From Amphiscolops sp. MND2022 (taxonomy: Eukaryota): a stretch of DNA of 64,000 bases. This document shows positions 11,601 through 23,200 of this stretch, piece after piece. The notes under the pieces were generated by a model. The model ran no database searches and was not told where the DNA came from. It worked only from the letters and a program-made list of their open reading frames with translations. Each line of letters opens with the position of its first letter. The first letter of the stretch is position 1. The stretch is from NCBI GenBank assembly GCA_964187785.1, contig OZ076409.1, forward strand, positions 78,060,001 to 78,124,000. The letters are read 5' to 3'. The position numbers and the translations under genes are program-made.

Positions 11601-12848
11601 TACTTCAAATTTACCATTTGGCATATTTCTATTACTGAACGACCTTTAATGTGGTTCATTATCAAAGCACCCACATCGTTACCAACTTTAGCATAACTGC
11701 TGCGCCTCGATGAGCGCAACTCCTCAACGGAGATTTCAGAATTTTCCCTTTGTCCTTCGTCCATATGAGTATATTCATCGGAAAACTCGTTTGAATAACC
11801 ATCCGAATTGTCGAGGTAACTGTTTTGTTGAAATTCTTGTTATATCCGATCCAAACTTGGAAGTTCTAGCTCTATCAAGAGACGCGCATTTGGAATATCC
11901 ATTAGGTTAATAGTTGTTCACACTAGTTTAACAGTTTAACTGCAAAGCAAATTGTCAAAACCAAAACGGATGTTTCTGAAAAGTTTACATATTTGGCTGC
12001 AACTGTTTGCTTCGTATTGATAATGTTCATATTTGAAATGCAACAATAACATTCGGTGTGCAACTATGTTATATTTGAATGGCAAATTGATATTTGAAGT
12101 GCAACTTTTATAATAGGAATGCAACAAATTTTTACATGAAAAACGGTTTGATATTTGAAATGCAATGGTTCATATTTGATTGTGTCAATTCTACATTGCG
12201 CTGGGAACGACTGTATTGCATCAAAAAATATTTTTATTGCATTGTAAAATAATCTGTTACTTCAGTTGAGCGCTCACCCTTGCGGCTAATTTTACTAATT
12301 CGATCCCAAGCTCCATATCATTAGTTGGATCCCGGATGTCTCGGTTTTGGTTTCTGCAGTTTCACAGTTTTTAATGGAACTCTACATAGACGTGTTTCAA
12401 AGAAATTTCTTCAGTTACTTCACTGGCATGAACTATTGTTTGCCCCAAGAACTAAAATCACAAATGCAAGTGTTTGCTCCGCTACATTGTCAAATACTGG
12501 TCTGAAAGTTCTCAGTATGGTAATCATTTCCTTCAGGGTGGCCACGTAGTGTCTATTCTTCTGGGCAACAAAGTAGATTTATGTCCTTTTGAACGACAGG
12601 TAGATCAGAGAGATGCTTTGACTTTGGCTAGAAACTTCGGAATGGAGTACTTTGAAACTTCTGCTCTCACAAAAGAGCGAGTTACCGATGCTTTCAACTT
12701 CCTCATTTATCGAGCTTGGATCGAAAAGCTGATGATGGACGAGCTGAAAGGGGACTCTTCCTCGGAATTATCTTCGGGTTTCAGTTTGACGGATGATGGC
12801 AAATTCCTTTCTAAATTGAGACGAAATTCTGCTAATTGCTGCTTGTGA
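8532..12848 (+). CDS. Rab-family small GTPase (divergent), 4 exons: 8532-8605, 9059-9289, 9651-9762, 12537-12848; 242 aa
   Basis: Spliced product has G1 GNSGVGKS, G3 WDTAGQE, SLTNSYYRNCHAVVFVF, G4 GNKVD, G5 ETSAL and a C-terminal CCL prenylation motif. Exon 1 is less certain; introns 2 and 3 need GA donors. Confidence 0.85.
9059..9289 (+). CDS. Rab exon 2 (G1-G3 motifs)
   Basis: KAPLKIITLGNSGVGKST...DIWDTAGQEKFNSLTNSYYR. Confidence 0.9.
9651..9762 (+). CDS. Rab exon 3 (beta4-alpha3); absent from the ORF track
   Basis: (R)NCHAVVFVFSICSERSFLDLANWFARAKQHHINLKSQ fills the missing Rab segment. Confidence 0.85.
10406..12213 (-). mobile_element. IS630/Tc1/mariner-superfamily DNA transposon with long TIRs, in Rab intron 3
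   Basis: TA|CAGTCGTTCCCAGCGCAAT ... ATTGCGCTGGGAACGACTG|TA; imperfect TIRs of ~240 bp; internal transposase remnants. Confidence 0.92.
10738..11764 (-). pseudogene. DD34E transposase, frameshifted with a premature stop
   Basis: HTH-like N-terminus (ORF 11381-11764), FFVD*TGLN, DNVAFH...SPALNPIE with 34 residues between the second D and E; split over frames. Confidence 0.85.
12537..12848 (+). CDS. Rab exon 4 (G4, G5, CCL tail)
   Basis: CTTCAG|GGT; GGHVVSILLGNKVDL...ETSAL...NCCL, stop TGA. Confidence 0.9.
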   Translation, partial: GGHVVSILLGNKVDLCPFERQVDQRDALTLARNFGMEYFETSALTKERVTDAFNFLIYRAWIEKLMMDELKGDSSSELSSGFSLTDDGKFLSKLRRNSANCCL

Positions 12849-14082
12849 AATTAAAGCTTGATCATTGAGTGGAAGTTCGCGTATTTAAGCGGAAAGAGTT
12901 GTCATTCTTTTGGCGTTTCTTTTTATTCTCGGCTTTCTTTTGCAGAAGCATTCCATATCTTATAAATTGGGTAAATCAGCAAGTAAAGGGGTATTTCATT
13001 AACATGGAACCCCCAAAACTGGAGAATCATCCAAAATACGTTTCACAACCAACTCTTTGAATAATACCCGGAACGCTTATCATCTAAATTGAAGGCAATC
13101 TTTCACAATCAAGGTACATGTCAAAAACCAAAAGCTCTTTTTTGAATACCGAAGTTAATTCTTCGCAATGATCATGCATCCTTTCGAGTTTTTACGATTT
13201 GGATTATTAAATTTTTATAACAGCTTTTCAACCAATATACACGTTAAAAAGTTTCGTGCTTTTTTTTAGGTGGCGCGTTACAGTCGCAAGTTTTTTTGTA
13301 GAATAACAGTTTCCACTCTGAAAGCGCCATTTTTTGCCCAATTCTAGCCTAAGTTCTGCAGGGTATTAAAAGAAGCCAAGTTTTTACATGATCTATGAAA
13401 CAAGAGGCCAAAGTCTCCCTTGCAGTTTTTCAGCAGTTACCTTTTGATTTTTTTTCATTCCACCAAAGGGCCTTTCCTTTGCTTTTGTGATATTGTGAGT
13501 CGAGAAAAAACTTTGGATTTTTTTGTGAAAACAGCTTTCTAGTATTATTGACTAGCGCTTTTTGAGCCTTGAACGAGGCGCGACGTTAGATGTTTGTCTT
13601 ATTTAACCACACACTGGTACATGAGGAATGAGGTTTGTGATTTTCAACTAGGAAGTAATATCAGATGGTAAGTTGTATTCCGTGTCTCGTTGGTGTTTGG
13701 GGCTATTGGTTGAAATTATTGGGCGAAAACTACCACTGACTAATCTTGATTAGTTTTCCTACACACATTTAGATTGGATCTCTCAACATAGGTCGCTTTC
13801 AACAGTGATCTCCAGTTTTTTCCTTCGGAATAGGTCGTAACTGCTTGCTTTCATTTTTCAAGCCGCCTGTTTCAACGCTTTCTAACTCGATTGCAATTTT
13901 TCATTAAGTTTAAACTCATTGAAAATAAATTAACCCTATTTAAATTTCGTTTGCCAGCTTGTAGACTTCCTAATATTAGTTTCGATTTCAGATAGGTAGT
14001 GTACGCGCTGTAAATAGTTTAAATATGTGAAGCTCTCCTTTATTCTGCAATCGGTTATCAGTGAGGAAAAGAGTGATCGGTC

Positions 14083-14282
14083 ATGTTTGAATTCGACCCA
14101 TTGGAGACCACGGACATCAAGAAGAAGGAGGTCATCTGGAATGAATGGATGTACGGGGGAGGTGGTGATAGTGCCGAGGGGGGAGGTGACCCTTCTGACC
14201 CTGCTGTTAGACCAGTGCCCCTGGATTTACACACTGCCGCGTCTTTGGGACTGTACGATACAGTGCGAGATCTACTGGCTGA
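14083..14282 (+). CDS. ANKS3: ANKS3 exon 1
   Basis: MFEFDP...VPLDLHTAASLGLYDTVRDLLA; donor GA|GTGCGT. Confidence 0.85.
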
Positions 14283-17200
14283 GTGCGTCATTTCTTAAAA
14301 GCTTTTTTTTAAAAAAAAAGACTGCGCATCTTGAAGGGAAGACTTTTGTTATTTTCCGCCCACATATAATGGGGGAGAAAAATCATAATTGGTGTTGCGT
14401 TTTTTTCAAATTCTGCCAAATCTCCCAGTTTCTTCGACCTCACCTATAGTTACTTGACTATTTTAGTTACTAAAATAGTCAAGTAAATAAAACAGATTAG
14501 AGGAAGAATAATATCTAAAGTCAAAAATGGTGGGAATAAGATCTAAAATTTCAGGGCGGGAAAAATATCTAAAGGAAATAACATCTAAAATCACTAAACT
14601 TTAGTTCTTATACTTTAAATCTTATTCCCACTTCCAAAGTTTGGTTCCATAGCTTTGGCTCAGTTGATGAAGGCGAAGAAGACGGAAAATATCCCGGTGC
14701 TTAGCGGGCGTCTTGTTCTTCTTGTAGGGTGGCTTCTTCTGCTGATCTAGTGGGGGAATTCGAAAAGTTTTCGTCGTTCAGTTCCATTTAATATTTACCC
14801 ACTATTCAACCCCGGTATTCGCTCGGAGTTTCCATCGCTTAATGTGTCAATTAGGAGTATGCAACAAGCGCTCTTGCTACATCAGGCTTGCTGCAGTGGT
14901 TGTGAACGGCTCGTTGAAATTGTTGCAGGGCATTAGGATATAAAAAGTTCTTTGCAGCACCAGTCTTGTTTCAATGCTATGGTTCTGTGCAAGTTGTATA
15001 TATACCCTAATCTAATTGCAGTTGGTTTGCTGCGTTCACTTTTTGAAAATTGCACTTCATTCGTTTTTTGTCAGAGTCAATAGTTATTGGGAATTAATTT
15101 ATAAAATGAATGCACTAGTAGTTTCTGGAATGTTTTATAGATTCCATGATAATTGAGGCATAGGTATAATCAAGCATGAACATGAATAATCCGAAGTTGG
15201 AAATGAGTTGAATTTATAAGTCTTACCGAGTAATTTCTAATGTGTGAATTTAATCAATTATGATGTGCGGAAGAGTGAACCTAATTAGAAATTCGGTGCG
15301 GAAGTGTGTTGTTTGTTCTGTGTTGTGTTTTCATGTGTTGCGTTCTGTATAAAAATGAATTTTCTGCTTTGAATTTGTGGTGAGTTCATTACGATACATT
15401 TGCCGCAACGAACTACGAGATCTTGCTAGTTCGATTAATCGCCAATAAAAACGCGTTCTTATTTCAGGTACGCGTTACGAGTTTTGCTCGTTACACTGTG
15501 TGATTTGGCGTTACGCGTATTGATCAAAATACAGTAAATGACTACACTCTCTACGATTACGTATTTTGACTGGTTTCCACTTCACACGCGACGGAAGTTG
15601 ATTGTTTTACACATTAACCTGCTACACATTTTGACTGGAATCCTATTCCCCCACTCACTAAGGTTCACTCATTTAACTTTGAAGTCTTGTTCTTTCGAAC
15701 CGTTTGATGGTGATATGCGTGATTGTCATTGAATTCTTCCCCTTCTCGTCTTTTTCCCTCCCTTCATTTTCCGGGATAGTCAATTCGAACTGACGGCTAT
15801 TTAACTAATACTTCTTACGAAAAAGAAAATACTAGCTATGGCTCAGTTGTTGAAGGTGGAAACTATTGCTTAGCGGGTGTCTTATTATGTTTTTTGTCTT
15901 TTTCTGCCAGAGGTTTTCTGCACCGGAATTTTTGAGCGGAAATTTTATATATTCTATCTAGTCGACACCCCGCTTCAGTAAAAAAAATTTAAAATAGAAT
16001 TTTGATTTTTTTCATGGATTTTGAAAACAACATGTCAAGAAGTCCAAAATTTATTGAAAGAGAAGAAACCCGCAATTACGAAAACGATTGAGATGATAAA
16101 ACAAATTACATACGAAAAGAAGACCAGTAAAATCACGAACACAGAACCAATCCAAAGAATGGATCGATTTACAACAAGACCGGAGTTAAATTCAGTAGCA
16201 GTAAATCATGCAATTTCTGCAATGCATCGATTTGGAACCTAACACATCAATGCCCCGCATCGGACCAGACATGCAATAGCTGCAGGAAGAAGGGCCACTT
16301 CGCAGATCAGCAGAATAATATAAACGCAAAATACAGAACGTAGGCGAAAACGAGAACACAGCGATTGGAGATGACATGGACGAATGAGAATCGAGCATCT
16401 ACAAGATTGAAAGAATCAATAGAATACTAGACAAAAACAAATACTTGAGAACTTTGAAAATAAATGAAATGGAGAGACAATATTTAATAGATCCCGGATC
16501 ACACGTTTCAATAATGCCGACGGATTACAAAATCAAAGAAACTGAAATACAAAAGATCAAACACCGGTATGAAGCGGTATGAAGCAAAAAACACCGGTAT
16601 GAAGCAAAAATGAACTGAAATTCCACGGAAACATACTGGTAGTCACTGAATACGGAAACAAACAAGAGATGCGGATACTTATCACCGAAAGAAACGATAT
16701 AACACCACTGCTCGGAATGGACTGGTTGGAAAAATTCTAGCTAACCATTGAAAACATCCTAATCAAAGGGAACAGCCAATCAGAAACCAGAAGAATATTC
16801 AGGTTCCTGGACCTATCCAGAAACCACACCATTGCCGTGATAAGTATACAGCTAAAACCGGGACATGTCCGGTAAAACAAAACGCTAGACCGATACCACT
16901 ACATCTACAGGAAGCAGTTGGAATAGAATTGGGAAAGTTAACAAAATCGGACTACCTGGAGAGAGTGAAATAAGTAGATGATTTTAACGGCGAGCTAAAA
17001 GGGGGACCCTTTTGGTTTTTTAATATCCATTGTTGCAAAACATCAAAAAATTGATGGGACCCTTTGGGGGTCTGACAATGCCTAAAAATTGAAAGGGGGT
17101 ACCAGTTAGTCTCGCCCGGTACTGTATGTTACGCAGAAAAACAGGAAAAACTTTTTTGGTTCAGTTCGCTATGCCAAATGGTACAATTTGACACCATAAA

Positions 17201-20200
17201 ATTTCGTAGAATTTGTGTAGAACGATTTTGGCCAGTTCGTGAGCATTGAAAAAGGTCATTGTAATAGTCGCGGTCCACTTCATGAAGCGCCGACTGAAAA
17301 CGATGAATCGATGAAAGTTATTGGATTCACGAAAATTGAATGAAAGTTGTATAAAAGTCCGACCCCACAAACATGCAGAATATGGCAGAACTTCGAAATC
17401 AGGTTTTGGTAGTAATAACATGACCGTAAAAAGAATGAATGATATCGAAAATGGATTCAGATTACGCATACGGCCAGATGAAATTATCAGAAGGAACAAG
17501 TTGACAATGCTTATTTGCCGTAACCGAAGGAAATTTCAGCGAATACTACTGATTAATAAAAGGATTTCACGAGCTGGCGGATATCCCCACAGTATTGAAA
17601 AAAATTGACTAAACACTAGAACATTGTACATTGGTTTTGTTGAACGATATAATAGTCGTGACCCGGGGCGACAGATTATAACACGAGAAGAAACTATTTG
17701 ACGTACTGGGAAAACTATAAAGAGCCGGAAAGAGGGCAAACGAGAAAAAATTCTGAATTCTTTCAAAATAAAATGAGAAGGCTGGGACATTAAATTGACG
17801 AGAACGGTATAAACTTGTAGGAAGAAAGGTAAAGGCGATATTATATCTGAAACACTCGGCGAATCGAAAACAACTGAAATCATTCCTCGCAGCGATACAA
17901 TAATTAGCGAAATTTTTACCAAGTCAATCGGAACTAACCGAAATATTACGAAAACTACCATACATGAATCCAGAATGGAATTGGATGAAGAACAAGAAAG
18001 ATTTCACAACTGTAGAAAGAGTGGTATTCGAGAAACCGGGCTTGGCTCATTTTGCGAAATGCAAGGATAATATCGTAACAACTGATGCAAGCGAAACCGG
18101 TCTCGCAATAACATTGTGGCAAAAAGAGTAAGACGGAAAATTAAAACCGATAGCGTTCGGAAGTAGATTCCCAAACATCGAAAATTTTTTAATAGGAGAG
18201 TTGGAATTTGTAGCAGTTGTCTGGGGATTCGACAAGTTCCTTTTTTTTATACGGAAAGAATGTGTTTTTGTATACTGATCATCAAGCCTAAGAACTACTG
18301 ATTGAAAGAAACAGACGTACCAAATATAAGTGCTAGATGAACCAGATGCTTAGACCGGCTGGCAGATTTCGATATCGCAATACAGCACATAGCCGGCAAC
18401 AACCTAAAATTTACCGATTTCCTCAGCAGACATCCGCCAGAGGGCGCTACGACCGAGAACGTATACGATGAAAAATACGTAGTTAACTTTCTCACGGAAC
18501 AAGCCGAATTAAATTTGAAATACGGAAGAATCTTTGCAAACCAATCACAAAGCGCACCGATTACACGGTGAGAGGCGACAGCAAAATAATTGACCAATCA
18601 GAAATCAAAGAACATTCGAGAAAAACAGAAGCGTGACTAAATTAAAAGAACAAACAGAAACCAATCCGAGTACCGAGTCACAAGAGGTCAAACGCGAAAA
18701 AATTTAATTACGCGAGTCTTCATTACTACCACTGGGGGCAACTGCGGGAAAATTGGAAACAATGAGAGGCAGGAAGAAAAGCCAGAGACTACGGTTGGTG
18801 GAAAGAGACTTAAGATAGCTGGATTCATGAGATCGAGATACGCCCAGAACGTACAGAGAACAATATGGGTCCCGTATGGACCGAACAGAAAGAGTAAAAA
18901 GAAAAAATGGCGTAAATAGACGGAGGACTAATTCACCGAGGAAGCCGTTTCGCTGGACGCTACCAACCAACGGCGGCGCTCGAAAATGAACCAACTGACG
19001 AAAGTCAACATCCAGAAGAAACGCCTGAAGATCCCGGAAATGAGGGGGAAGGTCAGATCATGAGAGCGAGACAAGAAACTATATCACGGACAAAAAAGCT
19101 CATTGCATCCAAATAAAGCAGATCATCGGGACCGTAATTGAAGAAGAGGGCCACCGAGGAACCATTTAAAAAAGCCGAGATGAGATGGATTTCATGCTTG
19201 ACTTGAAACCAAAGATAGCGAAATCGGCAACCGACGGTGAGTTAAACAGTGAAACTGGCCATAACCGAAACGACCGCGACCTGGCACCGAAGATTTACAA
19301 ACAGCAGTTCAACCGCTTATTTATGAGGACTGATATTCAACAATGACAAGATTGTAGTCCCAAACAAACTCGAAGAAGCTATTGGACTACTGAACTACAA
19401 AGATGACAGTAGAAGCAAAAAATAAATCTGATAGCCAAACATTACCTGAGACTTTTAAGAAAGATTAAAAAATTGCGTATCATGCCTAGCATCTTGTAAG
19501 AACCTAAAATATCAAATACCGAAACATACTAGTAGCTGAAAATTGAAAACACTCAGCGAACCCGGACTAATTCAAATCGATTGTTCCGGGAAAATACACA
19601 AAAATTCAACGGGGAAAGCAAAACACTACTAGCGATCGATAGATATAGTAAATGGCCAACCGTAGAAAGTTGTAAATCGACTGGAACAAAAATTCAAATT
19701 TCTTAACGCAGAATTTTAATTCAGGATTTCTGGAAAAATCCAGTCGGATAAGGGTGGGTGGAACATTCATCTCCAACAAGTAAACGAATTTTGCTTATCG
19801 ATGAATATCGAAAATAAATACTGCCTATCGAGACTACATACATGTGCGAGAGCAGTTGAACGCGCGATCTAACCCATAAAGAACTTAATCACAGCCATTT
19901 TGGAAGATGATTTATGCCTGACCGAATGTGTTGATAGAGTGGTAAAAGTAATGCGATTTACAACATATACGGCATTGCAGTTGACACCATTTGCGCTACA
20001 CCACGGCAGGAAGCCGAGAATCGAATTGACCAACCTAGTCAAAAACGGTGAATCATACTTTTCTGATTGGTCCGAATCTTCTGTTTCAGCTCAAAAATAC
20101 CGATTAACATGACTAAACAAGGCGACATACTCAACTATTTGGTATTGACCAAAGCAAAAGCCGAAAAGAGGCTGAAAAGCAACCGAAAACCAAAACTTCG

Positions 20201-23200
20201 CTTAGTGAACATCTTTTTAAATTTGTATGAACTAACGAAATTCACTTGAAGGAAAATTCCAAATAAATACAAACAGCAGTAAGCGAAACGAAACACACTG
20301 TAGCTACCGAACACGGAAATTTGATTCACAGAACACATATATTGGGACCGATTTCAAAGCAACCAGAAACAAGCCGGGACCGGCCCAAGTCGGCGCCATA
20401 TCTAAGGCTCAAAAATAGCAAAAGGACTTCCAAGAGTCCATTTACAGTACTCGAAAATCGAAAAAGCAAAAAAAAATGGACCGAGTGGCGCGCCGGGGCC
20501 CGCTAGCACGAGCCCCTGGCGCGCTAAAAGCGGGACACTTCCGAAATTGTCAACATTTTTGTCGCAGTTGAAGAGGGGACCCTTTGGAGTAAAAAAAAAC
20601 AAATTTTCGAAACAATGCCGAAAAACTGAAAGGGGTACCCTTTGGGGTTTTTCAACATCCATTCTGTCGCAAAACATCAAAAAACTGAAGGGGGATTTTT
20701 ATTTTCGGAAAAATTGAAAGTATTACAAAACTGCATCCGAAAAACGGAAACCGCATCTGACAGCTGGAACGGAAAGATCGAAGATCAAGACGAAAGTGAC
20801 TTCGAAATGAAAGATCATGACACGTCCGAAACGAATGGATATAAGCCAATAATGACCAATCCCGAAGATGAGCTGAACTTGCATAACTGACGGCGAAAGT
20901 GTCTAAAAATTAAAATAAAAACTAATAACCGAAAATATATCTACAAGAAGGTCAAATCGGAAAAGGAGACAACGGGAGAGATTCGGGGTGGTACCATACA
21001 AAGAACTTCTCGACATAATAAATATGGTTGTTTAAAATTTGTTTCAGTGTTTAACGGAAGAAATCAGTAGTGAGGTTTACCGAGACTGTCAGTCTTTTGC
21101 CAGAGAGAAGAGCCCAATGCCTGGGCCGTCGAAAGTCTAGAGGAGTGCTTCCCCATGAGGGGGGATGTAATACGGTGTAATGCCGTTTCCGATTTTTTTT
21201 TGGTTCAACATCTGTCAGTCAAATTGATCTAATTGAAAAATGATGTTTTTAAATTTTGTTGGTACATATTTGTATGTTTAAATACATTGCATGTTAGAAT
21301 AGATTTTTACAGAAAATCATCAAGGTTAATTTTGATAAACGATCAGTTCGTAAAGTGACGGTCTTAGAAAATCTTTACATTCTCACAGCCCAGTCAAAAT
21401 AGAACAAATATATTTTGAGAAAACCTATTTTCAGAGAATTTTGAAAGTGTCATAGTGCTGATAACGCAAAAGAGGAGACTTTTGGGTTTTTTAAATCATC
21501 GCGTTGGTTGCAGAAGATCAAAATAGCCAAACATGGTACCCTTTGCGAATCCTTGACCTCGCGTATTTCTTCACTATCTGAATACTTTCGACTCTATTTA
21601 GCATTGATATCGCTTTTTGCAAATATTACGTGAATACTGGTATCCACACCGTCTAACAAAAAACATTCGGATAGTCAGCGTGTTCTCAAATTGTGTGTTT
21701 TCTCTCAAAATGATGAGATAATTTAAAAAAGTAAACTTGTATATTTTCAAATTTCGTATTTCCATTGTTCATTGACTACACTGGAGCCTTGAAATTGTCG
21801 TTGCTGAAACTTTCTGGGCGGAAACTATCCCGCTGGTCAGCTAGCGTCTTGTTAGCGGTAACCGTTAGTGGCAGTATTGATTTAGCGGCAACCGTTCTAT
21901 CAGTGGTTTTTCAAGAGTGCACTGGTCAATAGCCCCAGATACTGTAGCATATACGAAAGACCGTGTGAAGTTCAGGAAATGCCATTGAATTTCGGCGTGA
22001 GTTCCTTACAACGCCGAAAACTCTTCGAAATTGAACCCTAAACCGCGCTTTCTCAGCCTTGTCAGTGGTCAGTCTTGTCCCGTCACTAGCTTTTTAACTT
22101 GCTACAGAAAGTGTTCAATTTTTAGTCGGCGCTTTTCGTAGAAAAACGCAGACTATAGTGGTGACTTTTCTTTCCTTTTTTCAAGACCAACGAAGTGACA
22201 GATTTTATAAGCTTTATAAGCTGGCTTCCACTAACTGCCACACTAATGTAGCTTCTTCTGGTTCTCATTTTTTGAGGATTTTTTGAGGTCTGCCTAGCAG
22301 AAGCACGTGGGTTCGAGTCCCGCCCTTGACCGAAAATTTTTGTGCAGGTTATTGCGGCTTTGTGAGACTTTTTTTCGCAAATTTTTTTAATGTCCCCAAA
22401 GGGTCCTTCTGTTTTTTTTCTATTTAGCAAAAGAATGGATGTTCAAAAACTTCCAAAGGCCATTTTACATTTTTCGGCACTATGTGACTTACCGGAGACC
22501 AAAAAAATTTCGGAAATTTTTCTTCAGTTTTTTTCTCATGCGGGTACTGTAGAAGAAAATACTTGACACTTTGAAGTCCTTTTGCTATTTTTGAGCCTTA
22601 GATATGGCGCCGACTTGGGCCGTTCCCGGCTTGTTTCCAATTATTTGGATCTTTGTTTTTCGTGTTCCAATTTTTGAATTATTTTGATTTTTTCCTCTTG
22701 AAGACTTTCAGTTGACCGGATAATTATACTCTTTGTATGGTTCATTGTGAGGTTGAATGTCCAAGATGGTAATAAATTATAGTTGAGCAATAGCTTTGAT
22801 TTTGCGAAAATTACGAGAACTCAGTTCCTAGAGACAACTGAGTGTTTTGCACATCGCTAAAGCAGATTGTAAATCATTGGATTCGTACTAGGTCGTTTGA
22901 ACCGGTGATTACTGATTGTATATATTCGTCCATGGAGTTGATTAGCGTGGTGATAAAAGTACATCTATGTTTGAAGTATTTGAAAAATCTCAAAGAGAAA
23001 ATGGTGTTCGAAATTATCTATGCCATTAAAGCAAATGCCCAATGAAGAAATGTAAATTGCTGTTGTAAAGTAGCTGCTGTGCTTCTATTTGTTTTTCACA
23101 CCATTTTAGGTTGATTCTTTTTTCTTAGGCGATGTTTTTATGGAGAAATGAATTTCTGAAAATGGAATTTTGCTAAGAATGTGGAACATTTCATTTTGAC

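Larger units (their letters stand above)
16000..21180 (+). mobile_element. Decayed Ty3/gypsy LTR retrotransposon in ANKS3 intron 1
   Basis: Domain order PR (LIDPGSHVSIMP ~16485; LLGMDWL), RT (LDSRKLNESC ~17320), RNase H (VTTDASETGL..PIAFGSRF, YTDHQA, FDIAIQHIAGNNLKFTDFLSR), integrase (LAIDRYSKWP, AVERAI, TPFALHHGRKPR); PPT GAGGGGGGA followed by TGTAAT at 21166; many stops and frameshifts. Confidence 0.88.
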
